Shown: positions 36,179-48,832 of the stretch, one piece after another
Position numbering within the stretch: position 1 is the first letter of the stretch
Layout: each line of letters opens with the position of its first letter
From: Botryllus schlosseri
Lineage: Eukaryota
Direction of reading: 5' to 3'
Assembly (NCBI GenBank): GCA_051294905.1
Contig: CM119371.1
Location: 37,202,001-37,266,000, forward strand
DNA: 64,000 nt
The notes under the pieces: generated by a model
Told to the model about the DNA's origin: nothing
The model's database searches: none
What the model saw: only the letters and a program-made list of their open reading frames with translations
Position numbers and translations under genes: made by a program

Positions 36179-37864
36179 TCAACAAAATTTCACAGTCCAT
36201 TTTCTGTCTGCCCACTTTGGGTGAACTAATATCCGATCCCCGCTTTCGAGAGAAATATAGTAAAGTGTCTCAGTGTCTTTTGACATGCTGACTACATGGT
36301 CGGGGTTGTGATGACTGACATACTCCAATCTTTGTTCTTTTATCGGGATTTTTAGGAGACGGTAAATCATCATTTTCAGGGCGCCTACGGTCATGGAATG
36401 GGGAAGTTTTTTTTCGAGAGGTCGCAATTCTGGTTTGTCGGGTACGACGATAGTGACTTGAAGTAAATTCGACTTGAGTGCTGTTGATTTTATGAGGAAT
36501 TCACCATCTTCCATTGCGCCGTGAACTTTGACAAGCTCTAAATATCTGGGATGGTCGTTTTGGAAGCGAGACGACGGATTATTCTTAACAGGGTCTTGAT
36601 TCCCGCCACTTTCTCTCCAGTATTTGCCGTAACGTTTCATGTAGTCCATCTCGGCGCCTTGCCGTTCCGTCGCGTCCACGGCGCTACGATTAAGCATTTT
36701 AAGTCCTCGAATTTTTGCGATGATTATCTCTCTCATTGTTTCGCTCGATTCCTTTTCCAGAACAGGGTTGCTGCGGAAATTTAACTCGTTCAAAACCGGT
36801 AATTTGTTGAGTTGATCAAATATATCTTCGTTACAAAATTTGTTACCGCTCAGCGACAGATTTGTTAACGCGGGAAAGTCGGCTAAATCGATACACGCTT
36901 GATCCAACGAACAATTATTCAGTATCAATTTTTCAAGTTTTCGAAGACTCGCTAAATTTTTGACATGTTCCCAACTTTCTACAGGATTGCCGGTCAAGTT
37001 GAGCACTCTCAAGTGACAGAAAATTTCATGTTCGGGTTGCGTTATCGCAGATATATTATTCATACCAAGGTGAAGCTCGCAGATTTGAGGCCACATTGAC
37101 GATATCGACATCGCGTTAATCCAAGTCAAACCACAGTTGTTTAAAATGATGATTCGTAGGGAGCTGAAATCATGCGCCATATCTGCCGGGGATTTTGGAA
37201 TTTGAAGTTTATTTTCCGATAGATTCAACTGCGTGAGATTGCAAAGTTGTTTTGATATTCCGGCGATACTTTCCCATTCGTGGAACAGATTTTTAGACAA
37301 ATCCAGCTCTTCTATATTCGGAGCACGATTTTCAAGGAAATCATTGTCTCCAACATGAGAAATATCTTGCATTCTTAAACTGACTGCTCGCAGATTGCTC
37401 AAATTTTTGAAAACTTTGTGAGCTTTCTCCATTCCCACTGCCTCAATTTTCATTTTGTGATGAGTGACTGGATTTGATAAATACGTCTCGACGTTCTCCA
37501 ATCCCGATAATCCAATATCTGAGCCAGCGTAGCGATCTAAGATCGCAGTTGCTATCGAAATTCCGGCCGAAATCTTGTGCGGTTTCACAAACGAACCACC
37601 AGTCTCGTGCGAGCATTTAAAATACACAACACCGTTTTTAGTACCATTATGTTTTCCGCGGCTTGGTTCATCCCATTCCACGCCTACCCAGTCGCCTTTA
37701 GTTGGCGGTACGGGTCCCAGGTATCTGACCGTCCCGATGTCACCCCCGCTTGAAATTCTCTGGCCCAGGTAAAGTATTCCTTCTGCTCCCATTTTGAATT
37801 CTACTCGCGAAGGAGATCTGAAGTCCTGCTGAACCACAATCAACCTTGTCAAAACACAGGTCAT
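36179..37864 (-). CDS. TBCE: Tubulin-specific chaperone E, single coding exon (likely start at 37792, MGAEG)
   Basis: CAP-Gly (GTVRYLGPVPPTKGDWVGVEWDEPSRGKHNG), LRR series, ERQGAEMDY...HPRY motif and C-terminal ubiquitin-like domain (KKLPHSMTVGALK). Uninterrupted ORF. Confidence 0.95.
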   Translation of the reverse strand: MTCVLTRLIVVQQDFRSPSRVEFKMGAEGILYLGQRISSGGDIGTVRYLGPVPPTKGDWVGVEWDEPSRGKHNGTKNGVVYFKCSHETGGSFVKPHKISAGISIATAILDRYAGSDIGLSGLENVETYLSNPVTHHKMKIEAVGMEKAHKVFKNLSNLRAVSLRMQDISHVGDNDFLENRAPNIEELDLSKNLFHEWESIAGISKQLCNLTQLNLSENKLQIPKSPADMAHDFSSLRIIILNNCGLTWINAMSISSMWPQICELHLGMNNISAITQPEHEIFCHLRVLNLTGNPVESWEHVKNLASLRKLEKLILNNCSLDQACIDLADFPALTNLSLSGNKFCNEDIFDQLNKLPVLNELNFRSNPVLEKESSETMREIIIAKIRGLKMLNRSAVDATERQGAEMDYMKRYGKYWRESGGNQDPVKNNPSSRFQNDHPRYLELVKVHGAMEDGEFLIKSTALKSNLLQVTIVVPDKPELRPLEKKLPHSMTVGALKMMIYRLLKIPIKEQRLEYVSHHNPDHVVSMSKDTETLYYISLESGDRILVHPKWADRKWTVKFC

Positions 37865-38361
37865 GGGTCGCGTTATGGCTCGATGTTAGTCGAACCGACT
37901 GTTTTCGTTCCAGTTCGTAGTGCAGCTCGGTGTTTAAGACGAGCTAAATGGCATTATTTGAATGCTATTATCTGAAAAGATTATTAAAATACTGTCACAT
38001 ACGACTCAATATTTAAGAAGCAGTTTTTAGGAGTATCAGCTGTCTAAATTGTAGAGGGTCCGGGGAAAGTAGCAAACTGTACAGTTCAGCACCGATCATT
38101 ACCTTAGTAAGCATAAATGGTATTTTTAAAATGCAGAAGCGTCGGAGCTTTATCTGGAATGCGATTATTTGAAAACTTCACTGAAATACTGGCACTTATT
38201 TTTTAGGATAATCATTTATGACTCTGTTTTATCGAGCCTTCCGTTTATACCGTGCCTATCTGTATAGTATATATCACATGTCACCGAATTGTATTATTGA
38301 TTTGCACGACGAATAGAGATTATCTCTTTCTCTATCAGCTGTTGGAATTCGTAATGTTCTA

Positions 38362-38435
38362 CTGCCGAGAATCGAACCAGCAACTCCCAGTGTCGGTGAC
38401 TGTAGCAGGATAAAAGCACTACGCCAACTACCGGC
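38362..38435 (-). repeat. tRNA-derived (SINE-head-like) sequence
   Basis: Minus strand has A-box-like TGGCGTAGTGC and B-box GGTTCGATTCT with tRNA spacing, but no good cloverleaf. Confidence 0.45.
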
Positions 38436-38644
38436 GAGTTAGAAGAGTATAAAGTCACTGGTCGGACAAGTTGAAAATTTACTGTAACGGGTATTGAGAT
38501 TGCGTAATACGGAACTAGATTTCATTGAAGTCAATTAATGTTATGGCGCTGCATATCCTAGCATACCTTTACTGCAGTATCCTGACTACTGGGTGACGCG
38601 GCTTTGTATCACCCTTTCGACTATGCCGTTGATATCTAGACTCA

Positions 38645-38930
38645 ACCATCATCATCATCATTGGTTTATTAGCAATTTTTATCAGTTCAATACACCACAA
38701 AAATGCGATACAATGAAAAGACAGGAAGATGTCGAAGCGACTTGGAGTAGTCTATGGAATCAGACACCCACCTTTGCCTAGGCGATGTAAAGAGGAGACA
38801 TGCACACTGGATAAAAGTAAAGAAGACTCAATCAATCAATCAGGTTTAATAATATTTTCATCGTTTCAAAACATCACAAGACTGCGATACAATGAAAAGA
38901 TAGGAAGGTGTCGAAACAGCTTGGAGTAGC
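38645..38930 (-). mobile_element. Two adjacent 3'-end fragments of the LINE/SINE family
   Basis: Reverse-complement matches to 45080-45240, with (CAT)n and (TCAA)n tails. Confidence 0.7.
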
Positions 38931-39657
38931 CTTTACTCATAGCTATACCATTACCTTATATTTTTCAGTGTATGCTATTGATAAGCACGGTCAGGAAATA
39001 AAAGATTGTCTCTCTACTTTGATAACCTCTATTGGCGCTAAAATCCGCATATCTGCCTCCTTCTAGAACCGACATAAACTCGCATGGCCGTTCGAGGTTA
39101 ATAATAAATGCTATAGATAGTGTCAACTCCGTCCTCCGTTGCACTTTGAAAGCATAACCGAGAGTTGAACAAATTCTTCGCATCATTCCAATACAGAGTG
39201 CAGAAAAGACACAGCAATCTAGGCGGGTGGCGTATGGGCGTTATTGTATATAACTTGCACGATACCGGAAGAGTCTTTGTGTCACTTACGCTCAGCTGCA
39301 TTCATGCAATGATACATAGGTCATTCGAGCTTACGCTACAATGATATGCCATGTAAATTACTGGTGACGCATGCACGCGGACATTGAGAGCAATAATGGT
39401 AAATAATGGATCCTGGTAAAGGTTTTACCTTCAACTTATGCATTTTAAAATATGACCTTTTTATCAGCAAAAGTCAGGGGTTCCGTAATTTTCAAGGTAA
39501 GGTTTTACAAATCTCTGTATTGGGCCTGAAATTGCACTATTATTAGAGTCCGACCGATAATATCGATTCGATTTCCCATTTCGAGAGAAATAGCGGTATC
39601 GGCCTTAGATGTAAAAACAGATCGGCAATTTTCGTGACCTCACACCATGCTAGCAGG

Positions 39658-40663
39658 TAGGGATAGTGTGAATCTCTGAGAGGTTCAGGTTCGTGTGAAC
39701 GCGAACCTTTTTGAAAGGTTCTGTGTGAACGCGAACGTGAACCTCGTGACGTGACGTGACGTCATATTGCTAATTTCAACCCTATATTTCAGTGAAGTGA
39801 TAGCCTATATACCTAGCGACGACTCAGACCACATAATGCCACAATGCTGAAGTAGGCTACATATTGACGTTTTAAACGTCGCCAAATGCATCAACTGGGG
39901 CAATCAAATGATGTAATAATCCCATAAAATCGATATCTTCCGTCGCTTTGCCAACAATTTCGACGAGGACTTGCATGGGTATATATAAGCTTACGCCTTA
40001 ACGGTCTAGGCCAGACCGGACAATGCATTCGGAGTCCGAGTATTGCTAAGTTGATATTGAGCAGAGCGCAAAACGGGTTTCTACACTTGCTACCGATATT
40101 ACCCCTTCAACATAAGTTATACAGGAGTAGACAACACCCAAATCCCACGGAGTTGCTTTTTATGATACAAAAAACATATGAAATCACGTTCGATGCCGTA
40201 CGCCTGCTACATTTTTTTTTATATCAGACAACGATATCAATTTCATTGATTGGTTGGATAAGCATCATTCGCTGACTACCTACATGTAGTGTATTTCGCT
40301 CTTTATGTTGTGTAATTTCGGGTCATGCTCTGCTCACAGCGGAAAGTCACTAAATTTTCACAAACGGAAAGCTGGATATTTCGAGCAAACTTTTGTAACA
40401 ATGCAAGTAAAATGTTTGAGATGGTCAAGGTGCATGCTCGTTTAGTGATGAATTTTTGTGCTGCCAGCGCCATGCATATAGTGGCCCGCAGTTGAAGTGC
40501 AATAAATTTCAACCAAAGAAGCTATAATGAAGTGAAAATTGTGATATTTGAAAAAGGTTCACAGTGCAGAACCTACCAAGGTTCGTTTGTGAACGTGAAC
40601 CTCTAAATATCTGAGGTTCACACACAGAACGCCAACGTGAACCTCACGTTCGCACCATCCCTA
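39658..40663. mobile_element. hAT-like MITE, sister of 28542-29526
   Basis: TAGGGATAGTGTGAA...CGCACCATCCCTA with TSD ctagcagg/ctagcaga. Confidence 0.85.
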
Positions 40664-41615
40664 CTAGCAGAGAGTCATATAACTATAATATACGATTACT
40701 CGACTGGGAATATTGATCTATTTCTTTTAGCTTGCAGGCAGTGGTGGTAAAAGTAGTCACCGTTGGCACTCATGTAGAAGTAACGTAAATATCTGCTCAG
40801 GTAAAAGTACAACTACTGATTTTTAAGTACGAAAAAATATAAATGTTCTAGACCTATTTTGCCATAAAAACTGAAAACTGTCAAGTAGAAGTAGTCTTAA
40901 ATCATATGCACTTGAGTATTTAGTGTAAGAACGCCCGATATAGAGTAGTCCGTAGAAATAGAAGCAGTGACCACTCGCAGATGCAGCCTTTCTAGTTCAT
41001 TGTTCATGTCCGAGCATAGCAATTGGTGCTGTAAAGCTGCTACAACAAATGCTGCGAAGTATTAGAAATGCGCTTTAAGCTAGATGTTGTATCTTTTAAA
41101 TATCGACATATCGTTGTTATCGGTGAAGGTGCTAGTTATCACTATGGGCAATCGGTCTGGCTCTAATTTATACACCATTGCCTTCTGTAAAGGCTATCTA
41201 CGACTGTGGGATGAGACTTGAAATCAGCATTGCCGGTGTGATCATTTTGACAATTTAAGGATGTTGTAGTGTTTTACACTGAATTATACTAAATTTGTCA
41301 GCCTATTCAAACACTTTGGCTGCCACGAACAGAAATTCGTCTGCTGATCTAAACAATTGAAGTGGGGCCCTCAAGATCGACACTTGACCGTTCGTAAAAC
41401 GATCGTTTCTCGAACCGTTTTGTAACAATGAGACGCCGCTAACGAAAGAAAAACAAATACTCGATCAATTTCGAGCGAGAATCGAATCAGCAAACCCACG
41501 CGGCGTTTTCTGCTGGCGCGATGAGTCATTCTTCAGGTGTCGCTAATTGATTTAATACAGGTGAGTCATTCTGCGAGTGTCTGAAGATTACACAAGGCAC
41601 ATGTTCGACGTGACA

Positions 41616-41987
41616 TAGGGTTACCATACTTTTTAAAAACTCTGAAAGCTGTAACACCGGAAATGAAAATGGTCAATTTCAAAAATTTTCGACCAATAGT
41701 ACATGTGCTGACCCGACTCCTGAATTACCCGCATTTTTACGATGCGTAGTGGGATTGACTAAAAAAAAGGTCGTCACTTCGACTCGACCTCCGTTTTCAT
41801 GATTTTTTTTACGAACCTCTGACGTTAGCTGCGTCGAGGTCGAGTTTTTATGGCATTTTAATACTTTTCTAGAAAAAGAGGACAAATTCTAAAAAAAAAG
41901 AGGACATTTAGGCCTCCTCCGAGGACGCTTTCAATAAATTGAAAAAAGATGACAAATCCTCTTAAAAGAGGACATATGGTAACCCTA
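41616..41987. mobile_element. hAT-Blackjack-like MITE (TAGGGTTACCATA)
   Basis: TIR TAGGGTTACCATA...TATGGTAACCCTA with GAGGAC motifs. Relatives at ~43167-43523, 54396-54812, ~60581-60959 and ~62183-62537. Confidence 0.75.
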
Positions 41988-42866
41988 CGAGACACGATTA
42001 CCGAAAACATTTCATATTCCAGTAGCCTGACTGACCAACCAACCAAAACCAACCAGCCAGCCAACCAACAGCCAACCATAGAAATAACCAGAGTTGGTCA
42101 GCATACGGCAACGGAGTTCTTCCAGTTTTTCGAAGTAATCAGGCACGTTTATCCTACTTGCACTACTTACTCAAGTTATGAAGAGGCTCTTGGAGGTACA
42201 GGAGTTCATAACTCAAAAAAGACAATTTACCTAGAATGACAGTTATCCGTATAAGTTCCACGTCTGCTATAGAAACTTGAAAAATGTGTCATAAATCAAG
42301 ATGACCACAGAAGAAGATCGTTTACTCTGAGAACCCGGTACAGTAAACACAGCATTCGGCAGAATGTTTATTCTGAGTCTGACTGTGATGGATTAGACTT
42401 GTTCCAGGGGGTCTCACCATAGCCCTGGGAGAATTGAAGTGTTTTGACAAGCCTATAGTTCGCAGAGTGGGATTTTTGTCAGTTGTGGCTGTAATGTTGT
42501 TATTGCATTGTGACGTGTTCGCGGTAAAGCAGGCTACACTAAACACCAGACTTTGATCATTGCAGCGAAATATAGGCAATCTAATTCTAATCTACTTCCT
42601 GGTGCTCCTACAAATGCTACAGGAGGACTGTATTGAGCGAAACGAGTCAAGCTTGCTGTACAGATATTTGCCATTCTCGTGCTTTTGATAATGATGTGAT
42701 ACGAATTGTACAATATTTTTAATTCGTGATTAATTGCCGAGTTTTTGCGAATTCAGTCATTTTATTTCTCATCTAATTTGAAAGTCTGAAAGTTTTCTCT
42801 TACAGTTTCGTAGTTAGTTGATACGAACGGACTATATAGGTCTACCAAAGTCTACTATGATCATGC

Positions 42867-42902
42867 TATAGATAACTAACCTACCTAGGTTAGTTATCTA
42901 TA
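42867..42902. other. TIR-only palindrome (17+2+17 bp) with 7-bp TSD; candidate P-type excision footprint
   Basis: atcatgc-TATAGATAACTAACCTA-cc-TAGGTTAGTTATCTATA-atcatac. The arms are identical to the termini of 58025-58621. Confidence 0.85.
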
Positions 42903-43968
42903 ATCATACGGTCTTAGCCGATTTTCAACTTTAACCCAAGTCGGCAGATGTCGGTAGAGAGAAACTTTTTTATTTCTTGCAGACACGAGTATCGTATCAG
43001 AATCTGACCACATTTCCAGCAAAGAACCAATTTTATTCGTAAGTTGCGTGAAAAGTGCAGTTTAACCGTAATAATTTGAGGCGCGTAGTTAGGCCAGTAG
43101 TAGTTGAGCCATAAAAGCTTATAGGCCTACGGGAAGAGTAGTCCTCATTGATATTCAAAGGGTTCCCAGGTTATCATATTTAGAGATCCGGAAAGTATGA
43201 CACTTTCCGTAGGCTGCAAAAGGTACTAAAGCGGACGAGAAAACGGCGTATTTTTATATTTATAGCGCTAATTTCGTTGGGTTGGCTAAAAAAGGTCATT
43301 TCTCCGACTTGACTCCCGAAATACCCGCTTTTACCTTGAACAAGGTCATTTTTCCAATTCAACCCCCGAAATACCAGTCGACGGTGGGTTCGGCCCGATA
43401 TTTACCTTAATTCATGGTCTTTTGGGGCATTTTAGGCTAAAAAGGACGACAAATTGCCAAAAGGAGGACATTTCTTGAAAAAGGAGGACAAATCCTCCTA
43501 AATGAGGGCGTATGGTAACTCCATATTCGAGTAGAAGTAGAGGTAAAGTTGTAAATTTATCCTGGAGAATAAGTAAAAGTAGTGATTTCTATGGGAGGTC
43601 TGGTTTTGCCTAAAAACAGATAAATGTAAGTAAAAACTGATGAATTCAAAAACACTAAACAGCCGAGGAAGTAGCACAAGTAAGCCGAGAGTACTGCAGG
43701 TAGTAGCGTCTAATTAAGTGGCCTCTAATTAAGTACAAGTATAAGTAGCGATTTTGAAGTCAGTGAAGGTAGAAATACGGTCTAAAATGATAACCGCTCT
43801 AGTGAGCAGTGCAAGTGTCAAAAACTACTCGAGTATAATTAGACGTACTACCGTGACTATTTACTCAAGTAAAGCTGACGATTTTAAAGTAAGTAAATAA
43901 GTACGAATTCTAGGACTAGTTTTGCCTAATAAACTGAAAACTGTCAAATATAGAAGTATAGTTTAAAC

Positions 43969-45606
43969 CAGACCTGGGCAAATTGCGGCCCGCTAAAAGT
44001 TGCTTGGAATTCAAAACATAAAACCTTCTTTAGAATGTTGCTGCGAGGACTTTAACCATAAGCTGTGTCAACTGAACCGGAAATTCGTTTACTTTGAAGC
44101 CTGTTCAATAATATGCCGCCATTACGCACCCTACGTACCTCGCATGCGCAATTCAGATACAAAATAAAGTCAATGTACAAAGTATGTCGTAACAATTAAA
44201 GTTACACGGAGTCAATCTTTCCATATAGTTTAGTTCAAACGTTCTTTGTTGCTATTGTCGCATTACGAATTACGCGGTCTCTGCTTCAAATTGTTACGTG
44301 ATACGTTTCCAAATTCCTAATTCGTGAAACAAGTCAATCAGTGATCTTGATTTTATACGCGTCACCATCACCCATTGGGATGAACGGGCATGTCAAAAAA
44401 GCCGAAATCTGAAATGCAACGAAACTTTGGAGCATTATATGTTTGTTTACTGGAGTCGGGGGTGAACCCGTCCTTCAAGTTTGTGCCAAGCAGGTCGCCG
44501 TGTATAAGAAGTATAATATAAGCCGGTCTTTATGACAAAAACACGACGACAGACACTCTGTCCAGGGAGGGTGAATTTCAGACGACCTGCAAGTTTCGCT
44601 CAACAACAAGGCTATGTCGCTAAGCCTGGATGTGCAACTGATAAATCGCTTCTCAAAATATTTGGTGTTCTAGACTTGGAAGATATGAGGAAGCTAGAAA
44701 TTGCCAAGTTTATGTATCAGTTCCATTGCGGTCAATGTCCCTCAAATTCCAACGACTACTTCACCTCGGAGACAAAAGGGCGCAAGTACAGCACACGCGC
44801 GTCAACGAAGAACAACTACCATATGATCAGGACTGAATACAAGAAAACGCATTGCTCTATCAAGTATGCCGGACCCCAACTGTGGAACAGCATCTCGCCG
44901 GCTATCCGACAGTCGTCGAGCATGTCCGCATTCAAGTCGAAATACAAGCAATTTCTTCTAAATCAATACTAGCCAGTCTTCAGGATTGCCGGACCACGAC
45001 CTGACATCGACTTCGCCCTCCGCCACATGCCACCTCATTTTGTCGCTTGCGTCTTATATTCTCTGCAATACTTTTCATTCAGTGTGCATGCCTCTTATTT
45101 ACTTCGCCTAGGCCAAGGTGGGTGTCTGATCTTAAAGGCTACTCCAAGTTGTTTCGACACCTTCTTATCTTTTCATTGAATCGCAGTCTTGTGATGTTTT
45201 GAAACGATGAAAATATTAAAAGACCTGATTGATTGATTGAAGCTGCACAGTGCACACTGCTCGGAAGGCAGCGACCAAGACTTTGTATAGTATTCCAAAT
45301 ACATTTCAATGTCTTAATAGAAAAATGGGGATATGGGTTTAAAAATAGTTTCAAATGTATCATGTTTAACATTGTTTCGAATTATGACGGCAAATAAATA
45401 TTATTTATGTTAATCAGCCGTCGCGTTCTCATTACCTTATACCAAAACAGCCACTGAGCAGCATGTATCAACAATATAATTCACTTCTTTCAATTTAGAA
45501 ATAAAATTAATACGCCACTGAATATAGGTAAAACTTTTGACTCGGCCCGCCAACATATATTCTGCTTCTCATTTGGCCCGCGGAGAAACATAATTGCCCA
45601 CCCCGG
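43969..45606. mobile_element. Charlie-like MITE interrupted by a retroelement fragment
   Basis: CAGACCTGGGCAAATTGCGGCCCGC...TAATTGCCCACCCCGG with TSD gtttaaac/gtctgaac. Confidence 0.65.
44640..45240 (+). mobile_element. 5'-truncated LINE (L2/Crack/CR1 group): ORF2 C-terminus, 3' UTR and (TGAT)n tail
   Basis: EIAKFMYQF...YSTR...SIKYAGPQLWNSISPAIRQSSSMSAFKSKYKQFLLNQY*. Another copy at ~56250-56605. Confidence 0.8.
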
Positions 45607-47236
45607 GTCTGAACTAAAATGATAGCGAACTGAATAAGTAGTGTGAGTATGCAAAAGCTATTTGAGTAAATGCAGAAGCAACCTCATATATTTCTACTCA
45701 AGTAGAAATGATAGATATGTACATAAAACTGTACCCAAGTGCGATGTAATCCAAAGGTATCTCGAGTATGATCTGGAAAAGCCGAAAATTCCCACATCGC
45801 ATATTTCAACGCGTCATCTTGTGGAATCTGATATTTTTATTCTGTGAATGAACATCCACAAAGGCGGTTCCCAACGAAACAAACCATCTCGTTATCCGTG
45901 TTGTAATCGCTTCTAAAACCAGTCCGGACCTACATGTTCCACGCAATTTCTCCCGCTTCGATGTACCCAAAACAAATAGAACAACTCGTGATTCTGTACT
46001 CAAATAAAGGAAAACTGATTTCTGCGGGTAGAATGAGTTTCGCGTTTCGCTACCCGAACAACTTCCCGTCTGTTTGTGCGTCTGTTCAAAACAAACTTGT
46101 AGCAGAGAATGAGAAATGAAGGAATTTGTACTTTTTTATAGAACCGCTCCGGAATTATATCAATTGCGAATCGACTTTCAATGATAATGGAAACATTTCC
46201 TGTTTACCCTTTGTAATTTGCAAAGAATAAAGTAGTTTTGTGACATGTTTATCCCATTTTTACGAATTAAATTGTCCATAAAACTGGTAATAATTGAAAA
46301 CTGGTTTCGCACTGATTCTGAAAATATAGATTAAATTCTGGCAACGGCAACGCAACCACCCCGAAATAGGCTTCAAAGTCTGAAAATCGGCATTGTTCCA
46401 ACAATGCGAACGCCGCAACAGAATGACCACAAAAATGGCTAATTTTGTGGAGCGATTTTTCGAAAAAATGTCGATTTTCAGACTTTGAGGGGAATTTCGG
46501 GGTCGTACGATCGGCCCTTGCCAGATTTTAATTTATATTTTCGGAGTCAGTGCGACACTAGCTTTCGATTAAGACCAGAGCGACTCGGTCGCCAGCTATG
46601 TGACTACCAATTATGCTGCTTTTAGATTGCACAGCGGTAAATGACACTGCTTGCTCAAGTTTAACGACAGGAGTTGTGTGTCTATCCTTTCGTTAGTCAT
46701 CTATACTTCTATGGTTCTGAAATTGGAAAAATTCCTCTGGAAGAGCAAATTTCAATACAAGATTCTGACACAGTTAGTAACAACAAGCCGAAGGAATTCG
46801 TCTCGCACATCAATGGCGGCCAAGAGAAGATCGTTATCGAGTCGCAGGAGAATCGTGTCGAGTGTTTCCAAAACACCGAGATTGATCGAAAACTCGACAA
46901 TGCGCGTTTCGACGGATATTTAGAAAAGTTGCTTCTCGCGTACATTGGTTTCCTTTTATCCAGCGAAGTCAGTTTGGGACATGACAATGGGTAGACATGG
47001 CCAGAATCAAAGTACCTCTAGTCCTTCAGCGTGCTCAAGCAGATTTGGCCTGCAGTACTTGCTAAAGTGACTGTGTTTCTGGACCCTACTCTCGTTTGAA
47101 CTTGATAGTTTAGGAAACACACTGCATACTTTTTGCTTACTTGGAAATCACTAATTTTACTTGCGCTTCTACTTCTACTCAAGCAGTTATGGTATACTTG
47201 CACTTGCTTTTTGGTCAAGTGGTTATCATTGTAGAT

Positions 47237-48110
47237 CAGGGGTGTCAAACTCGAATTGCGTCGCGGGCCGGATTCAAGTCTTGAAATCGTTCGCGGGCCG
47301 GACCAGTCAACTGAATTCAAAATGTTGCCTCGTACCATTGCTTCTCGCTGGAACACTTTATTATCGAGCATATGTAGATAATACATGGATCGTAGGGGTT
47401 TTATTCTAGCGAGTCGCAACACCATTATTTGCGAACAATGAAATTGGCGAAAATACGATGATTGTACGGTTGAATACAGTTAAGGACCGGTAAAACAGTG
47501 GCATTACTGACGATACAAGGAGACATATTTCTGTGCCCCCTCTGCTTTAGTCATAATCTGGCATTAGCCCTGCGTATATATAGGCTGTGATGAATTCAAG
47601 ATATTTAACAGTAAACGCGGACGTTGTAATTTGGTTTATTATTGTTCAATCGCGAGTCGGGTTTCTCGTCCTGGAGTTATTGCGTTGAAAGTGACACGGC
47701 AGCGCGACCATATATATTTGAAATATATATCTGCGTAGCCGATAAATTCTCAATGTAAACTGCAGATAACGGTGCAGCATTGGCGTTTTCGCTGCTTCTG
47801 GTCCATTTATCCATAAAACTCTGAACTGAGCGCGCACTTTTTCCGTTCTCGAAATTGGGTGTTAATGTCACCGACTTGTTGCCAGCGGTTACTACAACGC
47901 TGTAGTCGGGTGGTTATAATGTGACCTATTAAATATGCTCGACATTTGCTGTCCTGAGGGTTATTTGAAGGAAGTATTTCTTACAAATCTCAACATTTGT
48001 TACAAATGTAATGAATAGTATAATCTTTTTTCAATCTACTCAGAATTGCTTCGCGGGCCGGATGAAATCGTCTGGCTGGCCGAATCCGGGCCGTATGTTT
48101 GACACCGCTG
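47237..48110. mobile_element. Charlie-like MITE
   Basis: CAGGGGTGTCAAAC...GTTTGACACCGCTG with TSD ttgtagat/atgtagat. Sister copy at 50137-50991. Confidence 0.85.
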
Positions 48111-48311
48111 ATGTAGATTGTACTTCTACCTTTTGTCATCCATTTTCACTTTTTAGGCAAAATGGGTTTAAAATGATAGCTATTTTACGTACTTGAAAAC
48201 GGCTACTTCTACTAATACTTGACCATGAATTTACGACGTTACTTGTACTTCTACTCAAATATTTTGCCTACTAACGGTACTTGCTCAACAGGTTATCTTT
48301 TCAGACTAAAC

Positions 48312-48832
48312 CAGGGGCGCGCGATATACGGCCCGCGAGTTCCCGGTGTTGCATGATAATGTGGCCTGCGGCTGGAGAAAGGTGGCCATGAAACTACATG
48401 TTCTGTTCGGGTCTACCTACATTTGCGAGCAGACATTTTCGACTACGAAAATGAACAGACAAAGCTGCGTTCCAATCTAACTGATGCTCACGTGCACTAT
48501 TGAGTCTTTATCAATGGTTTCTACGTCCGACATGCAGCCATAGTTCAAAGAACTTGTCTTCAACTTTGATCGACCACATATCTCATTAATTCACAGCTAT
48601 TGAAGTATATTATGTTAATAAATTCATTAGATACTGCATATTATGTCAATAAATTCATTAAGTACTGTTTTTGGCCTCTATGCTTTCAACTTGAAAATTA
48701 ACATTATGTACGATTTATTCCTTGTGTATGTGGATAAATACACGATTACTGCATCGATTCAGGAATCCGACCGGCCAAGTACTTCATTTTCTTATACACG
48801 ACTCGCCGACTGGAGAAGTTTCCCACTCCAGT
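48312..48832 (+). mobile_element. Charlie/SPIN-type hAT deletion derivative
   Basis: CAGGGGCG start. Decayed LFGSTYICEQTFS...LRSNLTDAHV dimerisation motif at ~48400-48500. Confidence 0.7.

Noticed and set aside
38362..38435. Functional tRNA gene
   Set aside because: A and B boxes are present but stems do not pair convincingly; more likely a SINE head.
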